Shown: in pieces, positions 36,628 to 46,764 of the stretch | Layout: each line of letters starts with the position of its first letter | How positions within the stretch are numbered: position 1 is the stretch's first letter | Assembly: GCA_965228855.1 (NCBI GenBank) | Contig: CBDDIJ010000002.1 | Coordinates: 1,568,001 to 1,632,000, forward strand | Direction of reading: 5' to 3' | Source of the DNA: Candidatus Obscuribacterales bacterium | GTDB lineage: Bacteria; Cyanobacteriota; Vampirovibrionia; Obscuribacterales; Obscuribacteraceae | Length of the DNA stretch: 64,000 bases | Position numbers and translations under genes: made by a program | Notes under the pieces: generated by a model | What the model saw: only the letters and a program-made list of their open reading frames with translations | What the model was told of the DNA's origin: nothing | Database searches by the model: none

Positions 36628-37335
36628 TTGTGCACCATGACGTTCTTTTCTTCGTTTGCGAAACGTTTTTCAAAGCGACGAAGAGGCGCTGAGCAAGCTT
36701 ATCTCAACGACATCAAGCTGAGTTTCGAATGTCCAGTTCTCTGGAGTTCGATGACTGGTGACGAGCGCATCCGACATTGCGGACAGTGCGACAAGAACGT
36801 TTATAACGTTAGCGAGATGAACCGCGCGGAAGCCGTCGAATTTCTGCGAAATGCGACCAACGAAACCTGCATTCAGTTTTATCGAAGGTCTGATGGAGCT
36901 GTGATGACTGAGCCGTGTCCAAGCGCCATTAGGAAGCTTCGTCGAGCTACGCTCAGCAAGGTTGCTTGTGTCGCGACTGCGATAGGATGGTTTGGCTTGG
37001 CGCAAACCGCTCTGGCTGTTGATGAACCGGCAGTTTCAGATTCTTCGGGTCGACGAGCTTTGCGCTTAGAGGGTATTCCACATGCCCGCTCAAGTCATTC
37101 GCCGAGAAAATCACATGGAGGACTTTATTTTCCGGTCCTATATCCTTCCGAAGACGTAAAGCGAATGCCCGGCTACCAGTCTTGCCAAGATAAAATTCGG
37201 CAACAGTTTGGCAGTGTCGCGGCGATCGGGTTACTGGTTGCTGCGATTGGTCTGGCGTGCAGGCGAAGAGCCATCTGGATAGCTTTTGTTGGTCTGGTTG
37301 CAGTGTCCACGGTTCTCGGTTTTATCTGGTTGTGA
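36628..37335 (+). CDS. Membrane protein with N-terminal Cys-cluster motif
   Basis: CPVLWSSMTGDERIRHCGQCDKNVYN...C..FYRRSDG. One internal and two C-terminal hydrophobic helices. Confidence 0.7.
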   Translation: MCTMTFFSSFAKRFSKRRRGAEQAYLNDIKLSFECPVLWSSMTGDERIRHCGQCDKNVYNVSEMNRAEAVEFLRNATNETCIQFYRRSDGAVMTEPCPSAIRKLRRATLSKVACVATAIGWFGLAQTALAVDEPAVSDSSGRRALRLEGIPHARSSHSPRKSHGGLYFPVLYPSEDVKRMPGYQSCQDKIRQQFGSVAAIGLLVAAIGLACRRRAIWIAFVGLVAVSTVLGFIWL

Positions 37336-37371
37336 AAGCGCGGTTTGTCATGAGTATATAATGTAGCTGTC

Positions 37372-37448
<77 letters not shown>

Positions 37449-37623
37449 TATTTTTTATCTAAAATTGAAGACATGCATCATATGCTGTGCGGCATGGTGT
37501 ATATGCAGCGTATGGCGAGCTTTAAAACACGAAAATGATCGCGAGTCATTGTCGTGGCACTATTGAATTACTTGTTGAATATCCTGTGTCTGTCTGACGA
37601 ACCGGCACCAATCCATAACATTC

Positions 37624-40600
37624 ATGAAAGATCGTTGGACACGAGTCTTGCTCGGACCGTACAGGTCCGGCAAATCTGTTGCGCTTTTGGCGGAGCTAAC
37701 CAAGCACTGTCGAGAGGATGTGCTTGCGCTTGGAGACGCGCTACTAATCGTGCCGTCCAAGCGTTACCAACGGTTGGTTGAACGCCGAATTTTAAAGTTG
37801 CTCCGGAAAGAATTTTCTGCGGGGGAAACCCATAACAGTGTCGCAGGCAATTTTGAAGTCGTTGAAGGCGAAGAGGAGGAGGGCGCGCCGGAGTTGGTGG
37901 TGCCCGCTGCTCCGAGGAACGGCTATGTCGGTCTTAACGTCGCCTCGTTCTATCAGGCTTGCAGCATCATACTGCGTCGATGCGGTGTCGTTCCTCGCGT
38001 GATACCGGAGGCGGTGCGACCTGCTCTGGTAGCTCGTGTAATTGCGGAGCTGAAGAGTGAAGGCAAGATAGAGCATCTGCTGCCCATTTGTGATTTCGTC
38101 GGAACGCACGCCGCGCTGCTTGATTTAATCGACGAACTTGAGCGCTCCGGACTCAGTCCCAACGATGTGATTCATCGCATCCAGTCCAGTGCCGCTCAGT
38201 CATCTCGTCATTACGAATTAGCGCTTGTGTACAAAGGATACTGGGATGAGCTCGATCGGATCGGCTATCTCGATAATCGGCGCGTTGCATTTAAGTGCCG
38301 GGAAGTGCTCTCCGCGCGCCCGTCCAGAGAACCGTTATTTGGTTTCGTTGGTATCGACGGTTTTGACCGTTTCAATCACCTGCAGCTGCAAGTTTTGAGA
38401 GAACTGAGCGAGCATAGCCGTAAATCTGTCGTGTGCTTTGATTATAGTCTCGAAGTTTCGGATGAAGCGCGTCGCGAATACATGTGGAAAGACAGTAGCT
38501 TCGAGGATTTGCAGCGCATCTTCAATGAAGCGGATTTCTTATGGAACGATAGTGTCGACCTACCGCATCAGGCGCCGCTAGAGGCATTTAAGGCTGTCGA
38601 TCGATTTCTGGAGATGGAAGAGGTTGCTCGAAGGGTCAAACATAGCTTGGTTGTAAACCGAACTCCGCCGGATGAACTCCTTGTGGTCGTTCCCTCTCTC
38701 CGGGACTACAAAGGCGCAATTGAAGCGGCTTTCGATGACGCGGGGGTTCCATACTTCGTAGATGAGCCTGTTCGGATGATGACACTGCCTATAGTGCAGT
38801 TTGCCGTGTCGCTGTTGAGCGCGTTTCATAATGACTTCGGCCGCAGTGTGATTATAAGAACGATGACCAGCCGGTTTTTCAACAGGACTGCATTTAATCT
38901 CACGAGCGAAAACATAATCGCGCTTGATAGAGTTAGTCAGAGTGAGAAGCTCATCGGTGGTCGAGCGGAGTGGCTTCGGATCGCCGAAAAATTGCAACTT
39001 CAAGACCCACTCAAAGCTCTTCTGGACTGCCTTACTCCACCCGACTCCACTGCACCGCTCACGACATTCGTGTCCTGGTGTGAGGACGTGTTGTCACTTT
39101 GTTTGTCAGTCGATCTGGATGCGGAGTTTCAAGATCCTGTTCAAGGTTGGACGGAAGAGCGTGCGCTCATGGAGGTGCAAAACCTCTGGGCATCACTTGT
39201 TCAAGAAGATGCGATTCTCTATGGTGATCGTGGTGGATTCAAGTCGGACTATCATGGTTTCCTGAAAAAGATGATGCATGCATTCGAGAAATCGAATTTC
39301 AGAGCGGCTCCGGCGGCTAGCAACAGCATTGTAATCTCATCAGTCGACCTGGCCGACAGCCGGCGCTTTGACGAAGTGTTTTTAGCTGGATTGGTCGAAG
39401 GAGAGTTTCCTCGACGGCTTGGCGGTCGAGGATTTGTAAGTCCTGATGAGGTGAAACGCTGGGAACTGTTTGGCGTCGATATTCGCAGTCCACGTATGCA
39501 TCCGGCCTTCGAATATGCACTTTTCCGCTCACTTTTAGACCGAGCCCGCAAGCAAGTGCATCTTTCGTACCCAATGTGGGATATGAGTGGCGAAGAGTTG
39601 CTGCCGTCATTCTTCCTGACAGGAGAATCGCTTCCGGTGACAGTCGCAAATGCGGCACCGTTTAAACAATCCATGTCGCTTCCAGTCTCTGAGCGCAATC
39701 GCATGGCTGGTTTGATGTGGAACAACGAATTCGATGCGAGCACCGTCGATGGTGCTCCGTTTATCGGTGATCTCTATCGACAGTTGGAAGAGTCTATAGC
39801 CATGGTTCGTGCTCGCAGCGAGGGGGCTACCGAGAGTCCTTTCAACGGCTATCTGGCCGACTCTGTCAGATCTGGTGCCCTTTCGGTTTCTCTTCCAAGC
39901 AGGTTTAGCGCTTCTCGTTTGAACGAGTACGGTAAATGCCCCTTCCGCTATTGGATGTCGCATGTTATGAAACTGTCGCCGCACGAGGAGGCAACGGTCA
40001 AGCTGGAGGTGCGGGAGTTAGGTGAAACCTACCACCTTGCTCTGGAGAAATTCTACGAGGTCTTGATCAAGAATCAGATTAGTTTGCCCGACAGCGAGAG
40101 AGAAACTGTTGACAAGCACTTCGATGCCGCCATCGAAGAAGCACTTGCCTGGCTGGAAAAGAAACGTGGCGCAAATTACAGCGAGTTCTGGGAGTACGAG
40201 AAAAAGGAGATTGTTTTCCGGCTGAAGCGGTTTTTGGAGAAGGAAATCGACAGAGCTATGCGCAGCAAAATAGAGTATGTGCCGCATCTCGTCGAGGCTG
40301 CCTTCGGCATGGATGATAAGAATCCGAGCGTAAGCGCGCCGGCCTTGAAAGTCAGTGATGGAAAACGTACCGTCGAATTTCGCGGAAAAATCGATCGTAT
40401 TGATATCGCGGGCGGTTTAAGCGCCTTGAATCGGATGGCGGAAACCGGCAACAGCATAGGTGTTTCAACTCGTGTCATCGATTATAAGGCGGGCTCGAGT
40501 TCGATTCCTCCTCGAGAGGCAAATGAGGGCAGAAATCTTCAGCTGCCGATTTATGCATTGGCGGTCGAGAGATGTATCCTGCCCGGTTCTACTGCCGCAG

Positions 40601-40857
40601 CGGGCAACTATCTGAGTTTTACTTCCGGCGCGCCGATTGGAAGTCTGGTTTTTGACCGTGATAAAGAGGACGATCGCGGATTCGTCGATACAAAGCGGAT
40701 CGAGCAATACATTCTTGATTACGTCGAAAAAATGGCTCAAGGGGTATTCACCGTTAAACCAAGCATCGCCAGCGTCTGCGACAACTGTGACCATAAGCGA
40801 GTTTGTCGAGTAACCGAGTTGAAAAAGGGAGGTGAAAAGCGTGACATCTCTAACTGA
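37624..40857 (+). CDS. addB: AddB/RexB-like helicase-nuclease subunit
   Basis: Degenerate Walker A GPYRSGKS. C-terminal PD-(D/E)xK nuclease (GKIDRID, IDYK, LQLPIYA). Fe-S staple cysteines (YGKCPFRY ... CDNCDHKRVC). Confidence 0.88.
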   Translation: MKDRWTRVLLGPYRSGKSVALLAELTKHCREDVLALGDALLIVPSKRYQRLVERRILKLLRKEFSAGETHNSVAGNFEVVEGEEEEGAPELVVPAAPRNGYVGLNVASFYQACSIILRRCGVVPRVIPEAVRPALVARVIAELKSEGKIEHLLPICDFVGTHAALLDLIDELERSGLSPNDVIHRIQSSAAQSSRHYELALVYKGYWDELDRIGYLDNRRVAFKCREVLSARPSREPLFGFVGIDGFDRFNHLQLQVLRELSEHSRKSVVCFDYSLEVSDEARREYMWKDSSFEDLQRIFNEADFLWNDSVDLPHQAPLEAFKAVDRFLEMEEVARRVKHSLVVNRTPPDELLVVVPSLRDYKGAIEAAFDDAGVPYFVDEPVRMMTLPIVQFAVSLLSAFHNDFGRSVIIRTMTSRFFNRTAFNLTSENIIALDRVSQSEKLIGGRAEWLRIAEKLQLQDPLKALLDCLTPPDSTAPLTTFVSWCEDVLSLCLSVDLDAEFQDPVQGWTEERALMEVQNLWASLVQEDAILYGDRGGFKSDYHGFLKKMMHAFEKSNFRAAPAASNSIVISSVDLADSRRFDEVFLAGLVEGEFPRRLGGRGFVSPDEVKRWELFGVDIRSPRMHPAFEYALFRSLLDRARKQVHLSYPMWDMSGEELLPSFFLTGESLPVTVANAAPFKQSMSLPVSERNRMAGLMWNNEFDASTVDGAPFIGDLYRQLEESIAMVRARSEGATESPFNGYLADSVRSGALSVSLPSRFSASRLNEYGKCPFRYWMSHVMKLSPHEEATVKLEVRELGETYHLALEKFYEVLIKNQISLPDSERETVDKHFDAAIEEALAWLEKKRGANYSEFWEYEKKEIVFRLKRFLEKEIDRAMRSKIEYVPHLVEAAFGMDDKNPSVSAPALKVSDGKRTVEFRGKIDRIDIAGGLSALNRMAETGNSIGVSTRVIDYKAGSSSIPPREANEGRNLQLPIYALAVERCILPGSTAAAGNYLSFTSGAPIGSLVFDRDKEDDRGFVDTKRIEQYILDYVEKMAQGVFTVKPSIASVCDNCDHKRVCRVTELKKGGEKRDISN

Positions 40858-43800
40858 GCAACAACAAGCTGCAGTTTTCAGTGTTGATAAGAACGTTCTT
40901 GTATCGGCTGGAGCTGGTTCCGGTAAGACTCACGTCCTGGTCGAACGGTATGTCGAGATTCTGCGAAACGATCCGGTGCTCACCGTAGACGGTATCATCG
41001 CCGTGACCTTTACTAGAAAAGCGGCAGGCGAAATGCGTACGCGTTTGAAATCTCGCTTTCGCCAACTCACCGAGGAGGAGCCGGATTCGGATAAATGGAG
41101 ACAATGTTTAGCCGACATCGATTCAGCGAGAATTGGAACGATTCACTCGCTTTGCGAAACGATTCTAAAAGCCTTTCCCGCCGAGTGCGGCATCGATCCG
41201 CAAGTGGAAGTTATAGATGAAGTGACTCAAGCGCAGCTTCTCGAAGAGAGTATCGATCAGACTTTCCGCGAGATAATCGGCGACACTTTGCCGGAAATCA
41301 AACTGTTGACCGAGCATAACATCGAAGAGATTCGCAACTGGGTTAAGCAGATGTTGGCTGCCAGCCTGCAATTCGAAGAAGCTTCCGGCATTTTGCTGGA
41401 CCTGAGTGATGAAGATTTGCTTGCGAGGTTAAACGAGACCCGTCATCGTATTCAGCGCCGGCTGCTTCAGGACGTAATTTCGAAGCAGGATTGGAAGCAG
41501 GCTTACTCATACTTGGCGGAGACTTTTGCTCGCGACAAGCTGGAGCAGTTGCGTTTGAGTATCGTGCAGGCCGCTGACGAGATCATTCGCCAGTCGGCTC
41601 AGTCGGCCACGACTCAAGAGGATTCTGCGGAACTCTGGCGTGGTTTGGAGATTATCGCTGCCGCGGAGTTGCGGGTTGGCGGTCATAGTGACGAGGCCAA
41701 AGCGATTAAAGAGCGCATTGGAGTGCTCAGGTCGATCGCCCGCAAGGTGCTCGGTAAGCCGGCGCTGCCGCCAAGTATCACCAGTGATGATCTGGTGCGT
41801 TTCGAAGACGAGCGGCATTGTGCCAGCCTGTTTTATCGAGCGCAGAGAAACTATGCTGAGCGAAAAAAACTGGAATTGAAGCTCGACTACAACGATCTTA
41901 TCGGGCTGGCATACAAGGCGCTCGCAGGAGAAGATTCACCCGCTCGCCAGCATTATCAAGATCGAGTCCGTGCGATATTGGTCGATGAGTTTCAAGATAC
42001 AAACACCATACAAGCTCAATTCATCAGCTTTCTGGCTGGGCCAAAGACGCGACTGTTTCTAATTGGCGACGATAAGCAGTCAATTTACAAATTTCAGGGT
42101 GCTGATGTCTCGAACTTCAATGAATGGAAGTCGCTGATGGCCCTTCCGTCTGATGCACCGGGACGTCGTGTCAGCGGCGAATCACTGGTCACGAAGCTGA
42201 CTGTCTCCTTCCGGAGTCATCCGAATGTGGTTGCCTTCGTTAACGGCATTTTTTCGAACTTGCTTGCAAAAACCACAGACGTTCCGTATCGCGCAGATTT
42301 TGAACCGCTGTCAACATTCCGGAAAGTTAGTTTGGACAATCGCACCATCGGTAGTGCCGCTGCAAGAGAAAATGTTGGTGTCGCATTCGCTGGGAATGTT
42401 GCGGCAGCAGGTTTCAGCGGCGCATCGGCAGGAGGAGGGGTTGCTTCTCTGACTGCTACAACGGGGGCGGCACTTAATGTCAGTGACTCCACGATGGTCG
42501 AGCCCAAACAGCTCAGCCTGTTTGAGATGCTGAGCGGAAGCGGTTCTTCTGAAACATTTGCTTCCACTCCGACCCAGCCACCATCAACCGGAACCTCATC
42601 GTCGACATCAGCGGAAGGTCCAGTGGAGCCAGGTTCGCCTGTGCTCGTTTCCTCGAAATCGGAGTTGCTATCTGATCAGTTGAAACCGGAGGACGATACA
42701 GCCGAAGATTTCTCTCCACCTGATTCCATTGCAAACGTTCAAATGGTTGTTTTCGATGCTGCCGATGATGAGGGAGAGCGGGACAGTGAGCTGTCTTCGC
42801 TTACAGAGTCGCGAGCCGTGGCTAAGTGGATACAAGATCTGGTCAAGAATCAGGCGCCATTAATCGACAACGACGGTCGGTTTCAGCGCGCTCTGAAGTA
42901 TGGAGATTTTGCAGTCCTCGTTCCGAAGAACAGCAACTTCCCAGTCATCGAAAGAGCGCTGGCTGAGCGCGAGATCCCATATGTCACATTTGCTGGACGT
43001 GGTTTTCTCAACCGCCAGGAAGTCATAGACATCGAGAACCTGCTCTACTTCCTGGGAAATCCTCAAGATTCACATGCACTGTTTGGTACGCTTCGCTCGC
43101 CGATGTTCGCCTTGAGCGACGACACATTACACGAACTATACTTGAGCGCCCGAGCCGAAACTCCTGATATCACGCTTTGGGATGCTTTGCGCAAGGCTGT
43201 CTCGGCTAGAAGAGCCGGTTACGAGATGGTATTGCGGGCGGTGAGCGAACTGCGACGCTTCATGGACGACGCTGCGCGTTTGAATCTTACTTCGTTGATT
43301 CGAAAGATCATTCAGAGGACCAGTTATGACCTGGCTCTGATGAGTGCTGACAACGGGAAGCAGCGTGCGCGCAATTTGTGGAAACTTGTCGCAATCGCGA
43401 AAGATCATGAAGAACTTTCCTTCTTTGAATTCGCGAACCGACTTACGCTGATGCGCGATTTCGAGTTGAAACAGACGGATGCACCTTTTGAAAGTCATGA
43501 TGCGGTAAAACTCATGACCATTCACGCCTCGAAAGGCCTGGAGTTTCCCGCGGTGGCTTTGCCCTGCCTCTCCGGACGGCTTCTGGGTCAAGAGCGCAAG
43601 CTGATTTTCCACCGCAATTATGGTTTCGCACTTGATACCTCCCGCGGTGAATCCGAGCAACGTCCAGTCTGGTATCGCTATGCAAGACAGTTGGATCAAG
43701 ACATGGAAGTGGCTGAGCGGAAGCGCTTGCTCTATGTAGGTATGACTCGCGCCCGTGATTACCTCGCGATGTTTCTCGAAAAGGACATTGGGCAGCAAGC

Positions 43801-44590
43801 TGAATCATTCAGATTGTGGCTTGCCGACATTCTTGATATCGATTTTCACGGACCTGAAGATGAGCTTGGAATGCGCAAGTTGAACTTTTCTGGTGGACAG
43901 GCAGAATATAGTTTGTCAGTAGTCGATCGTAATGACGTCGAGCCGGAGCAACTTGAGTCGCTTAGTGATGAAGGCGCTGAGGAAAGCCAGGTTCAATACT
44001 CACTGATTGAACCGATTCTGCCTAACCCCATCGAGCCGAACTCGCGCTGGAAAGGTTGGACCAGGGTGACACCTTCTAAAGATACTGTTGATAAGCCACT
44101 CGATGCTACTGTGGTTGGAGTTTTCCTGCACACTGTGCTGGAACATATGCCACCGTCTCTGGTTCGCCCAGATGAGAGTACCCTGACAAGTTTAGCTCTG
44201 ATGCAAGGCAGTGCAGTCGCACATCCAGAACGTCTAAAGTTGCTGATTGCCGAAGGCAACAAGCTTCTCGACATCTTTTACGAGAGCGAGCTGTTCAGTT
44301 TGATGAAAGCTGCTCGACGCCGTTTAACGGAATTCCCATACGTCCTTCTGGGTGATATCGGCCTGGAATCGCGTCGCCCTGACTTGATCATCGAGGACGA
44401 GAACGGCGATTGGTTTATCATCGATTACAAAACCGATGCCGTCACAGAAGATGAGATACTATCTCAAGCGCGTCGCCACGCAGGTCAGCTCGAAACTTAT
44501 CGCCGAGATATCAAACAGTTGACCGGGCTGAATCCATCTACCAGGCTGTATTTTGCTAGACCGGGGAGACTCGTCGATCCGATGCGATAG
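40832..44590 (+). CDS. addA: AddA/RexA-like UvrD-family helicase-nuclease
   Basis: SAGAGSGKT, VTFTRKAA, DEFQD, GDDKQSIYKFQGA, MTIHASKGLEF and LYVGMTRA. C-terminal PDL...IIDYKT nuclease. Overlaps the addB end; start may be GTG 40841 after GGAGG. Confidence 0.92.
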   Translation: MKSVTSLTEQQQAAVFSVDKNVLVSAGAGSGKTHVLVERYVEILRNDPVLTVDGIIAVTFTRKAAGEMRTRLKSRFRQLTEEEPDSDKWRQCLADIDSARIGTIHSLCETILKAFPAECGIDPQVEVIDEVTQAQLLEESIDQTFREIIGDTLPEIKLLTEHNIEEIRNWVKQMLAASLQFEEASGILLDLSDEDLLARLNETRHRIQRRLLQDVISKQDWKQAYSYLAETFARDKLEQLRLSIVQAADEIIRQSAQSATTQEDSAELWRGLEIIAAAELRVGGHSDEAKAIKERIGVLRSIARKVLGKPALPPSITSDDLVRFEDERHCASLFYRAQRNYAERKKLELKLDYNDLIGLAYKALAGEDSPARQHYQDRVRAILVDEFQDTNTIQAQFISFLAGPKTRLFLIGDDKQSIYKFQGADVSNFNEWKSLMALPSDAPGRRVSGESLVTKLTVSFRSHPNVVAFVNGIFSNLLAKTTDVPYRADFEPLSTFRKVSLDNRTIGSAAARENVGVAFAGNVAAAGFSGASAGGGVASLTATTGAALNVSDSTMVEPKQLSLFEMLSGSGSSETFASTPTQPPSTGTSSSTSAEGPVEPGSPVLVSSKSELLSDQLKPEDDTAEDFSPPDSIANVQMVVFDAADDEGERDSELSSLTESRAVAKWIQDLVKNQAPLIDNDGRFQRALKYGDFAVLVPKNSNFPVIERALAEREIPYVTFAGRGFLNRQEVIDIENLLYFLGNPQDSHALFGTLRSPMFALSDDTLHELYLSARAETPDITLWDALRKAVSARRAGYEMVLRAVSELRRFMDDAARLNLTSLIRKIIQRTSYDLALMSADNGKQRARNLWKLVAIAKDHEELSFFEFANRLTLMRDFELKQTDAPFESHDAVKLMTIHASKGLEFPAVALPCLSGRLLGQERKLIFHRNYGFALDTSRGESEQRPVWYRYARQLDQDMEVAERKRLLYVGMTRARDYLAMFLEKDIGQQAESFRLWLADILDIDFHGPEDELGMRKLNFSGGQAEYSLSVVDRNDVEPEQLESLSDEGAEESQVQYSLIEPILPNPIEPNSRWKGWTRVTPSKDTVDKPLDATVVGVFLHTVLEHMPPSLVRPDESTLTSLALMQGSAVAHPERLKLLIAEGNKLLDIFYESELFSLMKAARRRLTEFPYVLLGDIGLESRRPDLIIEDENGDWFIIDYKTDAVTEDEILSQARRHAGQLETYRRDIKQLTGLNPSTRLYFARPGRLVDPMR

Positions 44591-44734
44591 AAAAAGAGAA
44601 AACTGCACGCCGATGGCTTGCAGTTTCCCCCGACTCGATCTTGTGTAGCCCGAGTTACATCCATTATGGCACAGGGTACTTTTATGAGTCGCACTGCGCG
44701 TCTTAGCGTTAAGCGTTTTATCTGTTTAAACTCG

Positions 44735-45820
44735 CTAGGCCTTTTTACCTGTGCGACTCGGCAATTTTGCGCCGACGCCGAGTAGTGTCACGGCGATTCC
44801 TATGTAAGTCATAAGTGACAACACTACTTCCTTTTCGAAGAAACCATCAACGACCAGCGCGATTATAGGCGGGAAAAACACAAGTTTACTTACTGCCATA
44901 AGGCTAATCCGTTTGAGCAGATAAAAGTAGCAGACGAAAGATATGATTGAACTGACAATTCCGAGGTAGGCTGCCGCCATTGTTGGCACCAGTGGCGGTG
45001 GCGCGCAGATGCCGCCGTTTTCCAGCAAGAAGCTGAGTGAGACGAAGCAGACCGCGCATACCGAAATGAAGATGCCGACGGAGACGAACGGATTCACGTT
45101 AGTTGTATGACGTTTTAAAATGACGCCGGAGATGGAGGTGAGAATAACTGAAGTGACCAGAAAGATTACGCCTTCTCCTTGATTCGCCGACACTTGCAGG
45201 CGATCACCGAAAATCATCAGAATGCCGACCATCGAAATGACCAGCCCGATTATTTGTCCACGCGACACCTTCTCTGTTTTACTGAGAAACAGAGCCAGAG
45301 CTGTTACAGCCGGTGTAGTCGTAGAAATGATTGCCGCGAGTGCACCAGAAACGTAACGCTCCGCTGTGTAGACGAAGCCGAAACTGATTACGGACAGTAT
45401 GCTGCAAACAACTGTGTAAGCGATTGCTTTTCTTGGCGGAAGCTCCGCCTTGACGATTCGTGTGAGAAACAAAAAGGCGATGCCGGCGGCGGCAATAACG
45501 AATCTCCATGCACAAGCCGTAAATGGCTGGAAGGCGCCTGGCAGGACGCATTGCCGCACGGCGAACCAGGTTGTTCCCCAGATGAGAATGCATGCCAGGT
45601 AAGCGACGATTACGCCAATCTCGACGCCGGATTTACTTTTCGTCTCTGTAGTCTCTGCACTAGCTTGGTCTGTGGAACGCTCCGTCTCAATCATGGTTAT
45701 TGAGTGTTCAAGGGAATCCCGACTGTCGCCCATTTGTTCGGTCGGAATCAGCTCTGCAGAGCTGAGCTCTGCCGATGGGCTTGCCGCGTTTTCTTCTAAC
45801 CCGAGTGACGTGATTTTCAT
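44735..45820 (-). CDS. EamA/DMT family transporter
   Basis: LIWGTTWFAV and WRFVIAA motifs. About 10 TM helices in two EamA repeats. Confidence 0.92.
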   Translation of the reverse strand: MKITSLGLEENAASPSAELSSAELIPTEQMGDSRDSLEHSITMIETERSTDQASAETTETKSKSGVEIGVIVAYLACILIWGTTWFAVRQCVLPGAFQPFTACAWRFVIAAAGIAFLFLTRIVKAELPPRKAIAYTVVCSILSVISFGFVYTAERYVSGALAAIISTTTPAVTALALFLSKTEKVSRGQIIGLVISMVGILMIFGDRLQVSANQGEGVIFLVTSVILTSISGVILKRHTTNVNPFVSVGIFISVCAVCFVSLSFLLENGGICAPPPLVPTMAAAYLGIVSSIISFVCYFYLLKRISLMAVSKLVFFPPIIALVVDGFFEKEVVLSLMTYIGIAVTLLGVGAKLPSRTGKKA

Positions 45821-45971
45821 AAGGTATTCGACCGGACTCCACCGATTCTCAAAAGATATTGCGCCAGATCAAGAATAGACCGGTCGTCTCGATGTCGTCA
45901 AGTGCCCCGAAATACTTCGTAGTGAAGTCTTTCCTAATCAACGTAAGTGCGCCGAAAGTAACTTCAAGGGG

Positions 45972-46709
45972 TCAAAGCGGGGGGCCGCTGTGGTCACCCT
46001 CGAATGGATTATTCGCGTCCTCTTTGTCCGCGCCGATTGGATCTTCAAACAAATCGTATTTTGCTGGAATCATGAACATATCCGGGCCGAGCGGGTCTTT
46101 GCTGTAGCTCGTCAACTTTACCTGCCAGGTCACAGAGCCTTTCGTTTTGCCCTGGGCGAGGACGAGAACTTCTGTTTTAGTGTCAAACCAATAATCGATT
46201 GTATCGTTGCGTTTTGTGCGTAAATCGAAGTTATATCCGCGGCAGGTGTGTCCGTCGATAGTTTTCTCACCTAGTGAATTGAGCTTTCCGACCCACGAAT
46301 GAGCTTTTAACCAGCCTTCATCGAAAGTGAAGTTATTTCCGTTTTTCAACAGAGTCCAGGTCGCGAGTTTCTCTTTCGCGTCGAGCCAGTATTCTCTGCC
46401 GACAGTGTGGTCGTCAATTCGCCTGTAGTTGGTGATCGGCTGGAAGCGCGAATCATCGATAAAAACCTTATGACCTTTGCCATCCGACGACATTTTGAAA
46501 GTCGTTTTCTTCTCCAATTTGCTCGGCGTGCGGTCGTATGTCGCAGTGTAAGCCTGCGTCGTATACGGTACTGCGTGCGAGTTGTCTGCTCCGCAACTGG
46601 ACAACGTTGCAATCGACAAAGACAGAAGAAGGATATTTGTGATTTTTTGTCTCACGTCCAAACCCTTTGAATGGTTATTGCCACAGAGAGATCTTACCCC
46701 TTTTTGCAA
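45972..46709 (-). CDS. Putative lipoprotein (DUF4412/LolA-like beta fold)
   Basis: Lipobox LSSC. Pattern LGEKTIDGHTCRGY...YWFD...PDMFMIP. True start is probably downstream of the annotated one. Confidence 0.65.
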   Translation of the reverse strand: MQKGVRSLCGNNHSKGLDVRQKITNILLLSLSIATLSSCGADNSHAVPYTTQAYTATYDRTPSKLEKKTTFKMSSDGKGHKVFIDDSRFQPITNYRRIDDHTVGREYWLDAKEKLATWTLLKNGNNFTFDEGWLKAHSWVGKLNSLGEKTIDGHTCRGYNFDLRTKRNDTIDYWFDTKTEVLVLAQGKTKGSVTWQVKLTSYSKDPLGPDMFMIPAKYDLFEDPIGADKEDANNPFEGDHSGPPL

Positions 46710-46764
46710 GGGCGTGGTACGGCGTACTTTTCAGTGTCTCAAAACATTTGCGTTCGATTCCCCT

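Noticed and set aside
37624..44590. Novel helicase-nuclease defence system
   Set aside because: Motifs, the Fe-S cysteine pattern and gene order match housekeeping AddAB.
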